From the NCBI GenBank assembly GCA_963801165.1, contig CAWDDT010000013.1, forward strand, positions 1 through 64,000: 64,000 nucleotides of DNA. The letters are read 5' to 3'. The position numbers and the translations under genes were made by a program. This DNA comes from an uncultured bacterium. GTDB taxonomy: Bacteria; Actinomycetota; Acidimicrobiia; Spongiisociales; UBA5794. The notes beneath the pieces are model-generated. The model did not search any database. It was not told where the DNA came from and worked only from the letters and a program-made list of their open reading frames with translations. This document shows positions 32,101 to 42,292 of this stretch, piece by piece; position 1 is the stretch's first letter, and the number at the start of each line of letters is the position of its first letter.

Positions 32101-35100
32101 TACGAACCCAGCACCGATGCGTTCACAGAAGACGCATCAATCACGATCGACCCGGTCAAATCGCCATCGAGATTGTCCGTTGCAGTTGCCCCCAACTCGG
32201 TGTATGCCGACCCAACCTCGACAGTCTGCGGATTCGCCCCTGTCAAGGTGATCACCGGCAATGTGGTGTCGACGACCTGCACGGTACGGGTCCGCTGCAC
32301 CGCAGCGTTTCCGCTGCTGTCGGTCACGTCGTACGTCACCCAGTACAACCCGACTGTGGCAGTGTTCACAGCAGAGGCGTCGATAACGATCGAACCCGAA
32401 ATGTCACCGTCATAGTTATCCGACGCGGTCGCCCCCAGCTCGGTATACGACCCACCCACCTCGATCGTCTGCGGGTTGGAACCGACAAGCGAGATGACAG
32501 GCAATGTCGTATCCACCACATCAACCGTGCGCACCACCTGCGTCGCAGCATTCCCCTCGCTATCGGTCACGTCATACGTCACCGAATAAGACCCCAGCAC
32601 CGATGTGTTCACAGAAGACGCATCAATCACGATCGACCCAGAAATGTCGCCGTCATAGTTGTCGGTCGCGGTCGCCCCCAACTCTGTATACGACCCACCA
32701 ACCTCGACCGTCTGCGGATTCGCCCCCACCAACGTGATCACCGGCAACGTCGTGTCCACAACACCGACCGTGCGCAGCACCTGCGTCGCAGCATTGCCCT
32801 CGCTATCGGTCACGTCATACATCACGGGGTACGACCCAACTATCGACGTGTTCACCGCCGACGCGTCGATCACGATCGACCCAGATATGTCGCCATCGAC
32901 ATTGTCGGTTGCGGTTGCCCCCAACTCCATATACGACCCACCAACCTCGATCGTCTGCGGATTCGACCCCACCAACGAGATCACCGGAGCGGTCGTATCA
33001 ACAACATCAACCGTGCGCACCACCTGCATCGCGGCATTGCCCGAGGAATCGGTGACGTCATACGTCACCGAATACGAACCCAGCACCGACGTGACCACAG
33101 CAGACGCATCAATCACGATCGAACCAGAAATGTCGCCATCGACATTGTCCGAAGCGGTCGCCCCCAACTCGATATACGACCCACCAACCTCGATCGTCTG
33201 CGGATTCGACCCCACCAACGAGATCACCGGAGCGGTCGTATCAACAACATCAACCGTGCGGGTGGCCTGAACCGCCGGGTTGCCAGAGGAATCGGTGACG
33301 TCATATGTCACTGAATACGACCCCAACACCGACGTGTTCACCGCCGACGCGTCGATCACAATCGACCCGGAGATATCACCATCATGATTGTCCGAAGCCG
33401 TCGCCCCAAGCTCCACATACGCCGAGCCCACCTCGATCGTCTGCGGATTGGCTCCAACGAGCGTGATCACCGGCACCGTGGTATCAACAACATCAACCGT
33501 GCGGGTGACCTGAACCGCCGGGTTGCCCGAGGAATCGGTGACGTCATAGGTCACCGAATACGAACCCAGCACCGACGTGATCACAGCAGACGCATCAATC
33601 ACGATCGAACCAGAAATGTCACCGTCGATAGTTGTCCGGACGCGGTCGCCCCCAACTCGATATACGACCCACCAACCTCGATCGTCTGCGGATTCGACCC
33701 CACCAACGAGATCACCGGAGCGGTCGTATCAACAACATCAACCGTGCGGGTGGCCTGAACCGCCGGGTTGCCAGAGGAATCGGTGACGTCATATGTCACT
33801 GAATACGACCCCAACACCGACGTGTTCACCGCCGACGCGTCGATCACAATCGAACCTGACACATCACCTTCGACATCGTCGGTAGCCGTCGCCCCCAACT
33901 CCACATAGGACGCACCTGCCTCAATGGTCTGAGGATTCGACCCCAGCAACGTGATCACAGGAGCCTCTGTGTCGGCGACCACGACGACGAATGCCGAGAA
34001 CTCAGAAGTGCCCCCGTACGACCCACCGCCGAGGTCTTTCGTTGCCGTTGCGGTGATGATGTCCCCCGTCGCGCCCGCAAAGGAGGTGCTGTACGAGACC
34101 GACCCGCCTGGATGGGAAGGCACCGCGTACGACGAAACGAAGTTCTCGCCTTCGCCGTAGCCTGTCGGGTCGCCGGCGGCGTTGGTGAAGAGCTCGATCC
34201 GGTAGTCACCCGCAGGCACGTCGAGATCGAAGTCGACATAGACCGTACCACCCACCTCGACCGCCGAGGTGATCTCCGGGAAGTTGAGCAGATCGTTGGC
34301 GCCGGTGTCACCGTCGCCCGCATCGTTGACGGTTACGCCATCGCCGCCAATGTCGATACCCAGGCTCGAATCGTCCCAGATCCTGTTCCCGAGAATTGTC
34401 ACCTCGGCGTCCGACGCCGAGATACCGAGGGCCACGCCCACTCCGGAATTGGCGATCCGGTTGCCGGCACCGGCAGCCGTTCCGCCGACGGTCGCCGTTG
34501 CGCCGCCGTAGATAACGATGGCGTTTGGGCCGTTGCCGGCGGCGCCCCCGTTTGCCAGCACGCCGATGTCGTTGCCCTGGATCAATGTGCCGGTCGCACC
34601 CGTGCCCGATGACCCAATCGCTAGTGCGCTGTTCCCTGCTAGTAGATTGCGTTCGGCAGGGGTGGTACCGCCTATCCGATTGTCCACGGAATTGAGTCCG
34701 ATCCACACGCCGGCAGTATTCCCGGCGGCAGTGGCTCCGCTCGGGTCGACACCAAGATGGTTGCCTGTCACGACATTGTTCGATGAATTCCAGATGACGA
34801 TCGCCTCGTCGTTGTAGTCGTCGAAGTCCGTGATCGAGAGGCCACGTATCACGGAGCCATCGGAACCTGTATTGAGAGCGAGGCCGTCTTCGTTCGATCC
34901 GGTCAAGAGCGCTCCCGATAGACGGATCGCCAGCGAACTATTGAGATTGGCAGGGAACGCACTCGAGTTGGCGGTGGCACCCGGTTGGGTGGTTCCGTCG
35001 ATCGTGACCGCGTCCGAGATACCAGGGAGTTTGGAAGCCACGGCAATCGTCCACACACCGGAGCTGTGCGCCGGGTCGCTCACCGGTAGGCTGAACTCGA

Positions 35101-36868
35101 TCGTGTCGACCGTCGCTGTGGCATTGGCCTCCTCGATTGCTGCCCGCAGCGTGCACTCGTCAGCGCCCTCGGAGTTTGTGCCACCTGTGTCGCAAACACC
35201 GTCACCGGGAGTAGCATCCGATCCGTCACCGGTTGAGTTGACGACGACGGTGGTCGGTGCGGGGTCGACTGTCAGCGAGGCGGTGTCGGTGTCGGTGTGA
35301 CCGTTGCCGTCGTCGACCTGGAGCCCGATCGTGTAGCTGCCCGGCGCCGTGATCCCGTAAGTCTGCAACGTCGCCCAGGTGACGGTTGGACCGACCCCTG
35401 TGGTGTCGCCGTAGCCGAGGTCGTTGTCGAGATCCCAGGCGTAGGTGAGCGAGTCCGCATCGGGGTCGGAGGATCCCGATCCGTCCAGCACGAGACTGTT
35501 GCCCTCGGTGATCGTGTATGCGCCGCCGGCATCGGCGGTAGGTGCGCTATTGACAGCGACGTATTCGTATGCCCCGATGTCGGGCGAACCATCTCGCGCA
35601 ACGCCGCGCTGGTCCGCAGCCGGGGCTCCGCTGGTGGTGCCGTTGTCGATCGCCTGGCTCCCCGCGGCGAGCGCATGTGTGGGTGTGGGACCGCCGTTGT
35701 CGGCTAGAGCCTGAAGCAGCGGATCGACGCCGGTCCGATCGGACCCGATCCAACCCGTGGACCCACCCACGACACCGATGATGTTGTAGCCGAGGCTATC
35801 GAAGCTGCCGTTGCCATCGGGGTTGCCCCCAGTGTTGCCGGCGATGATGGTGTTGCGCACCGAGTCGTTTGACCGTTGGCGGCCTGCAAGCCCGCCACTC
35901 TGGGTGGCACTGTTGTTCGTGACCGTCACGTTCACAAGACTCGATGAGATCTCGTTGTACACTCCGCCGCCGACGCTCGCCGAGTTGCCGGACAGGGTGA
36001 CGTTGGTCAGATTCAGGCCGCCGCCGGCACCGCCGACGTAAATCCCGCCCCCATTTGCGTTGTTCGAGTTGTTGTCGATCAAGCGTGCTCGTGATGGTTG
36101 CCGGTCCTGAGGCAAACAGCCCGGCTCCGTTGACGTTCGACGTGTTCCCGGTGATCCGCGAATCGTTCAGATTCAGGGTGCCTGCGTTACGCATCGCGGG
36201 AGTTTGCGGCTGTTGCTGACCACCACCGAATCAAGAGTCATCGTTGTGTCGGCACCCACATAGACAGCCGACGCATTGGCATACGCCAGCCCATTGGTGA
36301 TCGTCAAGTCGGAGATCGACGCCGTGAGCGTTCCACGAATCTCGAAGATCCGGTCGGCTCCGTTGCCGTCGATGATCGGCGAACCGGCGCCGGCACCGGC
36401 GATGGTGACCGAGTCGGTGAGGTCGAGATCGCCGGTGGCCGCCGCGATTCGTCTCCGTACCGGCGATCTCGCCAGGGTGTAAGTGCCGGCGGGGATGTTG
36501 ATCGTGTCGGTCCCCGCCAGAGCGTTGGCCTCCTGAACGGCGGCCCGCAACGTGCACTCGGGGGCACCGCCGACGAGGTTGCCCGTGGCGCAGACACCAT
36601 TGCCCGGACTGAGATCAACCCGGTCCGCCGTTGAGTTGACATTGAAGGTGGAGGCGGCAGCAGCCGAGCCTATGCCAAAGGCGACCTGGGCGAACACCAC
36701 GGCCAGCGCCAGCGCCAGCGCGGCGAGCTTGTCCGGAGACAGCAGGCCGCCCCGCCCACGGCCCACCGCCTCCTGCCATGATTCGAGGGGGGTCTCGAAC
36801 AGGAGGGCCGCCCGACTGCCGAAACTGTCGCCCGGGAGGAGATGCGGCGAGCGCAGCTTGGCAACCAT
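23147..36868 (-). CDS. Giant surface adhesin-like protein (~4500 aa if intact; multiple frameshifts): CSLREA/beta-helix domains, PKD-like, ~29 DUF5011-like Ig repeats, He_PIG/cadherin-like and Big_9 domains, C-terminal TM and SH3-like domain
   Basis: Signal-like [21 protein letters not shown]; two CTLRAA motifs; [24 protein letters not shown]; [17 protein letters not shown] repeats; F.W.P.E.QGP repeats; VNDAP motifs; continuous across about 12 overlapping ORF fragments. Confidence 0.85.
26926..33975 (-). repeat. Tandem array of ~29 coding repeats of 243 bp (81 aa)
   Basis: Unit [75 protein letters not shown] is 81 aa; span of ~7050 bp divided by 243. Confidence 0.9.
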
Positions 36869-36937
36869 CAGGACTGCCCCACGACGGCACAAGAGCCCGG
36901 ACGGGGCCGGGCTGCGGAGATCGGGACGAGCGCAGTG

Positions 36938-38398
36938 TTAGGGAACACGCGCCGCCTGTCCAAGGATCGAGGCAGCATGGGTCACCGGACGTCGAATTGC
37001 GATATCGGGACCACTCACCGTCATATCGGGCTCCACCCCGGGTGCCAACGGCACTGCGACACGGAACTCGGTCCAGCCACCGGAGCGTGCATAGTCGATA
37101 CTGCCGCCCATGCCTTCGACGAGGGCTCGCACGATCGACAAGCCGATGCCCACACCGCCCGGAGCCGTCACCAGGCTGCCACGGTGCACGAAGCGCTGGA
37201 AAAGACGCTCTTCGATCTCCCGGGGCACGCCGTCGCCGTTGTCGGCCACAGTCCACTCGTACATGCCGTCGACGACACGCCCGCTGAGCCGGATCTCAGG
37301 GCCGCCGTACTTCCTGGCGTTCGAGATGAGGTTGCGCAGCACCTGCCGCTGCCGCATCCTGTCCACGGAGACCCGGGCTTCTTCAGCCGAGGTCTCGATC
37401 AGGCCGCCGTTGCGGGTCATCGGAGCGACAACCTCGTCGATCTCGTCGGTCGTCCGCACGTCTTCGATCACGTACTTGATCGCATCCGCATCCAGCTGGG
37501 ACGTAGTGAGAAGGTCCTCAACCATACGGTGCAGGTCCTCAGCCTCGTTGGTGATCGTGGTCGCCAACTCGCGGACCGACTCGCTGGCCTCGGAATCCGC
37601 CTCGATCACTTGCGCCATGCCGTAGATAATCGTCAGCGGGGTTCTCAGCTCGTGGGAGGCGTTGGCAACGAAGTCCTCCCTAACCTTGCTGACCGCGCGT
37701 TCGGCCTCGAGGCGCAGCTTGAGCTCCGCCTGCCGATGGAGCCGCAATGACAGCTCGCGGTAGATGAGGATCATCCCGCCGGGGATCAGAAGGGCGAGCA
37801 GGACCTGCGCTACGTCGCCCATACGGGCCATCGCGTGATCGGAGCGGGCGACCACATCGAGCTGCCGGTCTCGCTCCGCTTGGAGGAGGGTGAATGCCGT
37901 CGCATACGGCGCATCGAGCCGTTCGGCGACGATCGTGTTGGCTTCCTCTGATTGTCCGCTTTCGATCAGATCGAGCACCTGACGGCTCAGGGTGTTGAAG
38001 TCGACGAAGGCGTTGGACAGCTCGACGCTGACCTCACCTCCTGATTCCTGGAGCTTGGCCATACCGTCTGCCATTAGGTCGAGGGCACCCGTCGCCTGGT
38101 CGGCGGAAGTGATGAGCTGCTGTTCGACATCCACCGACAGCTCTCTCTGGATCGATGCGAAGTGGTTGGCCATGGCGACCTGGGCCCGAGCGACGGTCGC
38201 CACCCGGAGCGTCTCGTCGGCGATATGCACCGATTCGGCATGCGCGGTGAGACCCTGGGTGCCGTTGGAGACCGAGAAGACGATGGCGCTGACGATGAGA
38301 AGGGTGACTCCGACTGCGGTCGTTACGATCCAAGCGCGATTGTTGTTCGCTTTGCTGCGCCGTACCCTGCGGAGAGCCGTCCCTGGTCCTTCACCCAT
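36938..38398 (-). CDS. Membrane sensor histidine kinase
   Basis: Two TM helices flanking a sensor domain; H-box FVANASHELRTPL; N-box NLISNARKYG; G boxes DNGDG and GVGIGL. Start at ATG 38398 is inferred. Confidence 0.9.
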   Translation of the reverse strand: MGEGPGTALRRVRRSKANNNRAWIVTTAVGVTLLIVSAIVFSVSNGTQGLTAHAESVHIADETLRVATVARAQVAMANHFASIQRELSVDVEQQLITSADQATGALDLMADGMAKLQESGGEVSVELSNAFVDFNTLSRQVLDLIESGQSEEANTIVAERLDAPYATAFTLLQAERDRQLDVVARSDHAMARMGDVAQVLLALLIPGGMILIYRELSLRLHRQAELKLRLEAERAVSKVREDFVANASHELRTPLTIIYGMAQVIEADSEASESVRELATTITNEAEDLHRMVEDLLTTSQLDADAIKYVIEDVRTTDEIDEVVAPMTRNGGLIETSAEEARVSVDRMRQRQVLRNLISNARKYGGPEIRLSGRVVDGMYEWTVADNGDGVPREIEERLFQRFVHRGSLVTAPGGVGIGLSIVRALVEGMGGSIDYARSGGWTEFRVAVPLAPGVEPDMTVSGPDIAIRRPVTHAASILGQAARVP

Positions 38399-38420
38399 GG
38401 TTATCGTGTCGGCAAAAACC

Positions 38421-38491
38421 ACCGATTCTTGACTACCCGGAGTAGTCAAGAATTCGGTTGTCTCAGGGACTAGTCCCGGGCTAATGATTAG
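38421..38491. promoter_or_regulatory. Cluster of palindromes in the divergent promoter region
   Basis: ATTCTTGACTAC-CCGGA-GTAGTCAAGAAT (38425-38453), GGGACTAGTCCC (38466-38477), CTAATGATTAG (38481-38491). Confidence 0.6.
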
Positions 38492-38606
38492 TCGCAGACT
38501 GTAGATTCCGCCTACCCGCAGGAGGTCGGCGCCGACCCGACGGTCACACCGCTCAAGTCACGGGTGTTGCCGCCGACGGGAGACCCATGGCTTCGTCGAG
38601 ATCCAC

Positions 38607-39383
38607 GTGACGGCACGCACCACCGTCTTTTGCGCCGTATGGAGCGGTGACCCCGATCGCCACGAGTTGCTGCTTGGTCACCACGAGACCCTGGCGCACC
38701 AGACCGTCCCCGTCAACGTCGTCTACATCTTCGACAACGGTGACGCTCCCCCGCCCAACACCACCGGCACCCGGATCACCAGCCAGCAGCCGCTGACCAT
38801 CTACCAGGCATGGAACGTTGCGGTGCGCAACTGCACGACCGAGTACGTGATGAACCTGAACCTGGACGACCGGCTCGCTTCGGACGCGATCGAGACGATG
38901 CAGGAATTCGCAGACGCCAATCAGGCTGGCATGGTCGCAGGCGATTGGCACGTCCGATACACACAGCACGAGACCGACGACACCAAAGAGACCTACCGGG
39001 CATCGGCCCTCCCGTTCGACCCGGTGTGGCCACCGGCGGCCGGGTCCGACACCCGGCTCGGCAGCGGGTCAGGCGATAGGGGAACTCTGGGGCCGGGCAC
39101 GTTGTGGCGGCGCCAATTGCATGACCAGGCGCCCTATCCCTGGCAGTTCGCCGACGGAACGCCGATCCGGATCGTGGGCGATCTCGCCTGGTGGACGATC
39201 GTCCGCAAGCACCTCGAGGCACCAGTGGTACGGCTGCCCCTCGTGATCGGCAACTACCACTCACACCCGGGCAACCAGGCCGAATTCCGGAGCACCGACG
39301 AGCATCAGATGCTGAGCACTCAGGGCATCCGGCTGAGCTGGTTCCCCGCCGACGCCGTCACGGTACAAACGGAGAGAACATGA
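38607..39383 (+). CDS. Glycosyltransferase family 2-like protein
   Basis: IYQAWNVAV..TEYVMNLNLDDRL (GT-A DxD region); TLWRR.LH; GDLAWW. Confidence 0.75.
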   Translation: MTARTTVFCAVWSGDPDRHELLLGHHETLAHQTVPVNVVYIFDNGDAPPPNTTGTRITSQQPLTIYQAWNVAVRNCTTEYVMNLNLDDRLASDAIETMQEFADANQAGMVAGDWHVRYTQHETDDTKETYRASALPFDPVWPPAAGSDTRLGSGSGDRGTLGPGTLWRRQLHDQAPYPWQFADGTPIRIVGDLAWWTIVRKHLEAPVVRLPLVIGNYHSHPGNQAEFRSTDEHQMLSTQGIRLSWFPADAVTVQTERT

Positions 39384-40180
39384 ACGTAGCCATCGACGAT
39401 TTCACTCGATTCCGCAGCCGCCATGCAGGCGAGACCTGCTTTGTCATGGGGAACGGGCCGTCCCTCAACAAGATGGATCTGAGCCTGCTCGACAACCAGA
39501 TCGTTTTCGGCAGTAATGCCGCCTACCTGCTCTACGACCGGATCGACTGGCGGCACCGCTACTACTTCTCCTGCGACAGCCGTGTCCTTCCCGACCATGC
39601 AGCGGAGATCGTGGCCATGCACGAGGACAACCCCGAGATGGAGCTGTTCTTCCCCGCGGTGTTGCATCATTGGGATGGCACCGGCCGGGTCGAGCCGACC
39701 GAGGTCTATCTCCCCCGGGCCACGAACCGCTACTTCTTCCGGCCCATCCCGCTCGCCACCTACCACCTGCCTTTCACTGCGGTATCCGCTGACCTGAACC
39801 AGGGTCTGATCATGCCGTTCACCGTGACGATCAACATGATCGAGGCTGCCGTTTACATGGGTTTCGCCAACGTCATCCTCATCGGCTGCGACACCGACTA
39901 TGTCGTACCCGATGACGTAATCGCCGAGGGCCCCGTCGTCGGCGGCGAAAGATCACTGCTCACGTCGACAAGTGACGACCCGAACCACTTCCACCCCGAC
40001 TACTTCGGGAGGGGTCGCAAGTGGCACCAGCCCCATGCCGAGCGGATGATCCAGCACTACACATGGGCGCGCGACGCCTTTCGAACCCGCGGGGTCAACA
40101 TCGTCAACGCCACCGTCGGCGGGAAGCTCGAAGTATTTCCCCGGGTCGACTACGCAGGTCTGTTCGCCGGCGTCTCCTGA
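39380..40180 (+). CDS. DUF115 / MptE-like (Maf-related) protein
   Basis: CFVMGNGPSL; AVYMGF..VILIGCD; NHFHPDYF; IVNATVGGKLEVFPR; ATGA overlap with the GT2 gene. Confidence 0.8.
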   Translation: MNVAIDDFTRFRSRHAGETCFVMGNGPSLNKMDLSLLDNQIVFGSNAAYLLYDRIDWRHRYYFSCDSRVLPDHAAEIVAMHEDNPEMELFFPAVLHHWDGTGRVEPTEVYLPRATNRYFFRPIPLATYHLPFTAVSADLNQGLIMPFTVTINMIEAAVYMGFANVILIGCDTDYVVPDDVIAEGPVVGGERSLLTSTSDDPNHFHPDYFGRGRKWHQPHAERMIQHYTWARDAFRTRGVNIVNATVGGKLEVFPRVDYAGLFAGVS

Positions 40181-40917
40181 GGCGCCCGCCGGTACCAATA
40201 ATCGTAGAGATGCCGGAAGCCGAGGCTCTCATAGAGGGCGATCGCCGGTGCGTTGGACGCAACGACTTGCAGGAAGGCATGCCGTGCCCCCTGCGCCGCG
40301 CCCCACGCCAGCAGTGACCTGGTGACTTCGCGCCCGTGGCCGCGTCGTCGCCACCCGAGTGCGACCACGATCTCGAACAAGCCGAGCCAGGAACCATCGA
40401 CAACTCCGAGGCCGGCAGCAACACCGTCACCTCCGTTGGTCACGAGGGCATATGTCGCGGGCAGGGCAATGCGCTCGATGATCCCCCGCCAGCCCGTCCG
40501 GCGTTCCTCGGCAATGCTCCAGAGCTGCGCCATTGCCTGCCACCAGTCATCATCCGGCGTCTCGGGCGGGACTCCGGTACCCGGCGCCATACCGCCACCA
40601 AGATCCGCCACCATCACATGCGTCGGCCGATCCAGTGAGTAGCCCATCTCGGCCAGCTTCTCGTCGATGCCCGGCTCGCAGAGGGGCGTACACCGCACCT
40701 CGAGTCGAACACCGCGCTGGTCGAACCACTCGTGACAGAAGCGAAGCTTCGTCTCGAGCCTGAGGCTGGACTCACCGATGGGAAGAACGGAATTGGCTCT
40801 TCCGGAGAACCCGTCGGCGCAGCGCAGCTCCCAACCGTCGTACTCCACGATCTCCCCGGCCGGCCAGCAGCGATACCCTGCTGCCTCCACCTCCGCTATC
40901 AGATCCGAGCTAGCCAT
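40150..40917 (-). CDS. GNAT-family N-acetyltransferase
   Basis: RANSV; RRRGHG; LQVVASNAPAIALYESLGF. Confidence 0.88.
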   Translation of the reverse strand: MASSDLIAEVEAAGYRCWPAGEIVEYDGWELRCADGFSGRANSVLPIGESSLRLETKLRFCHEWFDQRGVRLEVRCTPLCEPGIDEKLAEMGYSLDRPTHVMVADLGGGMAPGTGVPPETPDDDWWQAMAQLWSIAEERRTGWRGIIERIALPATYALVTNGGDGVAAGLGVVDGSWLGLFEIVVALGWRRRGHGREVTRSLLAWGAAQGARHAFLQVVASNAPAIALYESLGFRHLYDYWYRRAPQETPANRPA

Positions 40918-41302
40918 CGCTTAGCGCTGCGGCAAGAGCTGCCGGGACCCGGACCGGACGGCCCGTTCGTGACACTGTTGCTGCGGTAATGGTCTGGGTG
41001 ACCAGGAGCTCGTCGCCACGCCGGATGCGTTGGTCGAACGTCATCGACGCACGGCGCAGTTCGACCAGTTCCGACTCGACGGTGAGCCGCTCGCTCGGAC
41101 CCGCCGAACCGAGATAGCGGGTGTGCAGTTCGGTCACGACGAGCTGGACACCGTCCTTCTTGAGCGTCTCGAGCGCGAACCCGACGGATGTCAGCCACTC
41201 GACCCGCGCCGCTTCGAAGTATTGAATGTAGACGGAATGGTTGACGTGCTCGTAGGGGTCTAGCTCGTAGAAGCGCACCACCAGCTCGGTCTGGTGGCTC
41301 AC
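40910..41302 (-). CDS. Acyl-CoA thioesterase (YbgC/4HBT family)
   Basis: VRFYELDPYEHVNHSVYIQYFEAAR; GTG start overlaps the trmL stop. Confidence 0.88.
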   Translation of the reverse strand: MSHQTELVVRFYELDPYEHVNHSVYIQYFEAARVEWLTSVGFALETLKKDGVQLVVTELHTRYLGSAGPSERLTVESELVELRRASMTFDQRIRRGDELLVTQTITAATVSRTGRPVRVPAALAAALSDG

Positions 41303-41772
41303 GACGGCGTCTCCGGCTCGGCGAAACCGAGTTGGCGCCATGCTTCATAAATACCGATGGCGGCCGCGTTCGCCAGGTTGAGGCTGCGACCACGTGGTGC
41401 GATCGGGATGCGGACCGCGGCGGTGACGACATCCGACTCGAGTATTGCCGGCGGCAGACCGGTCGACTCCTTGCCGAAGAGAAGCACATCACCCTTCTCG
41501 AAGAAGACATCGGTGTACACGGTGGCCGCATGCTGGGTGAAGGCATAGATCCGCCTACCCTCGACACGCTCGAGAAACGCCACCCAGCCAATGTGACTCT
41601 CCACCGTCGCATACTCGCGATAGTCGAGACCGGCCCTGCGCAGCTTCGCCTCGCTCAGCGAGAACCCGAGCGGCTCGATGAGGTGTAACCGGCAGCCGGT
41701 GTTGACGGTCAAGCGCATCAGATTTCCGGTGTTCGGGGCGATCTCGGGTTCGTGAAGGGCGACGTGAAACAT
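41299..41772 (-). CDS. trmL: tRNA (cytidine/uridine(34)-2'-O)-methyltransferase
   Basis: PEIAPNTGN; LRRAGLDY; FGKESTGLP; RSLNLAN; YEAWRQ. Confidence 0.93.
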   Translation of the reverse strand: MFHVALHEPEIAPNTGNLMRLTVNTGCRLHLIEPLGFSLSEAKLRRAGLDYREYATVESHIGWVAFLERVEGRRIYAFTQHAATVYTDVFFEKGDVLLFGKESTGLPPAILESDVVTAAVRIPIAPRGRSLNLANAAAIGIYEAWRQLGFAEPETPS

Positions 41773-41981
41773 GGCAGGGAGCTTATCAACCACAAATGGG
41801 CACGGCAGTCCCCCGAAGTCGAACCGGGACGAGGAGGCTGACCGCGAGGTTGGCGATCGTCGTCGCGGCGATCCGGCCTGCTGCGTACAGCAGCAGGATG
41901 TAGCCGGCGGCGGGGCCGGCTCTCGCATTTGTTTGCCGTCCCGCTAGAGCGGCTCAGCCGATCTCATGCTCTCGCCGCGGT

Positions 41982-42292
41982 TTACGTGTCGCTGATCAGC
42001 TTCTTGGCAGTCCGCTCGTCGATAACGAGGTGAGTAGCCACCCCCGCCTGAAGCGCGGCTCGAATCGCCTTAGCCTTGCTGTCGCCCGCCACAGCACAGA
42101 GTCGACGCGGGATCACCTGCAGCTCAGCGGGAGTAGGTCCAGTGGCTCGCTCGTTGAGGACCAGATCCAGGTATGTGCCGCCCTCTCGAAGAAACACCGT
42201 GCACACGTCTCCCACAACACCCTCTCGCCTGAGCAATGCGAAGTCCTCCTGGTCCAGATACCCCGCGCTGTAGACGTGACTCGGAACCTCCC
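41982..42292 (-). pseudogene. C-terminal fragment of a SorC/DeoR-type sugar-binding regulator
   Basis: VPSHVYSAGYL..VVGDVCTVFL..AVAGDSKAKAIRAAL..THLVIDE; HTH and N-terminal part absent. Confidence 0.7.

Noticed and set aside
26926-33975. Tandem repeats as CRISPR or non-coding satellite; long plus-strand ORFs (30469-31419, 31686-33314)
   Set aside because: The repeats are in-frame 81-aa coding units on the minus strand; the plus-strand Arg/His-rich ORFs are antisense shadows.
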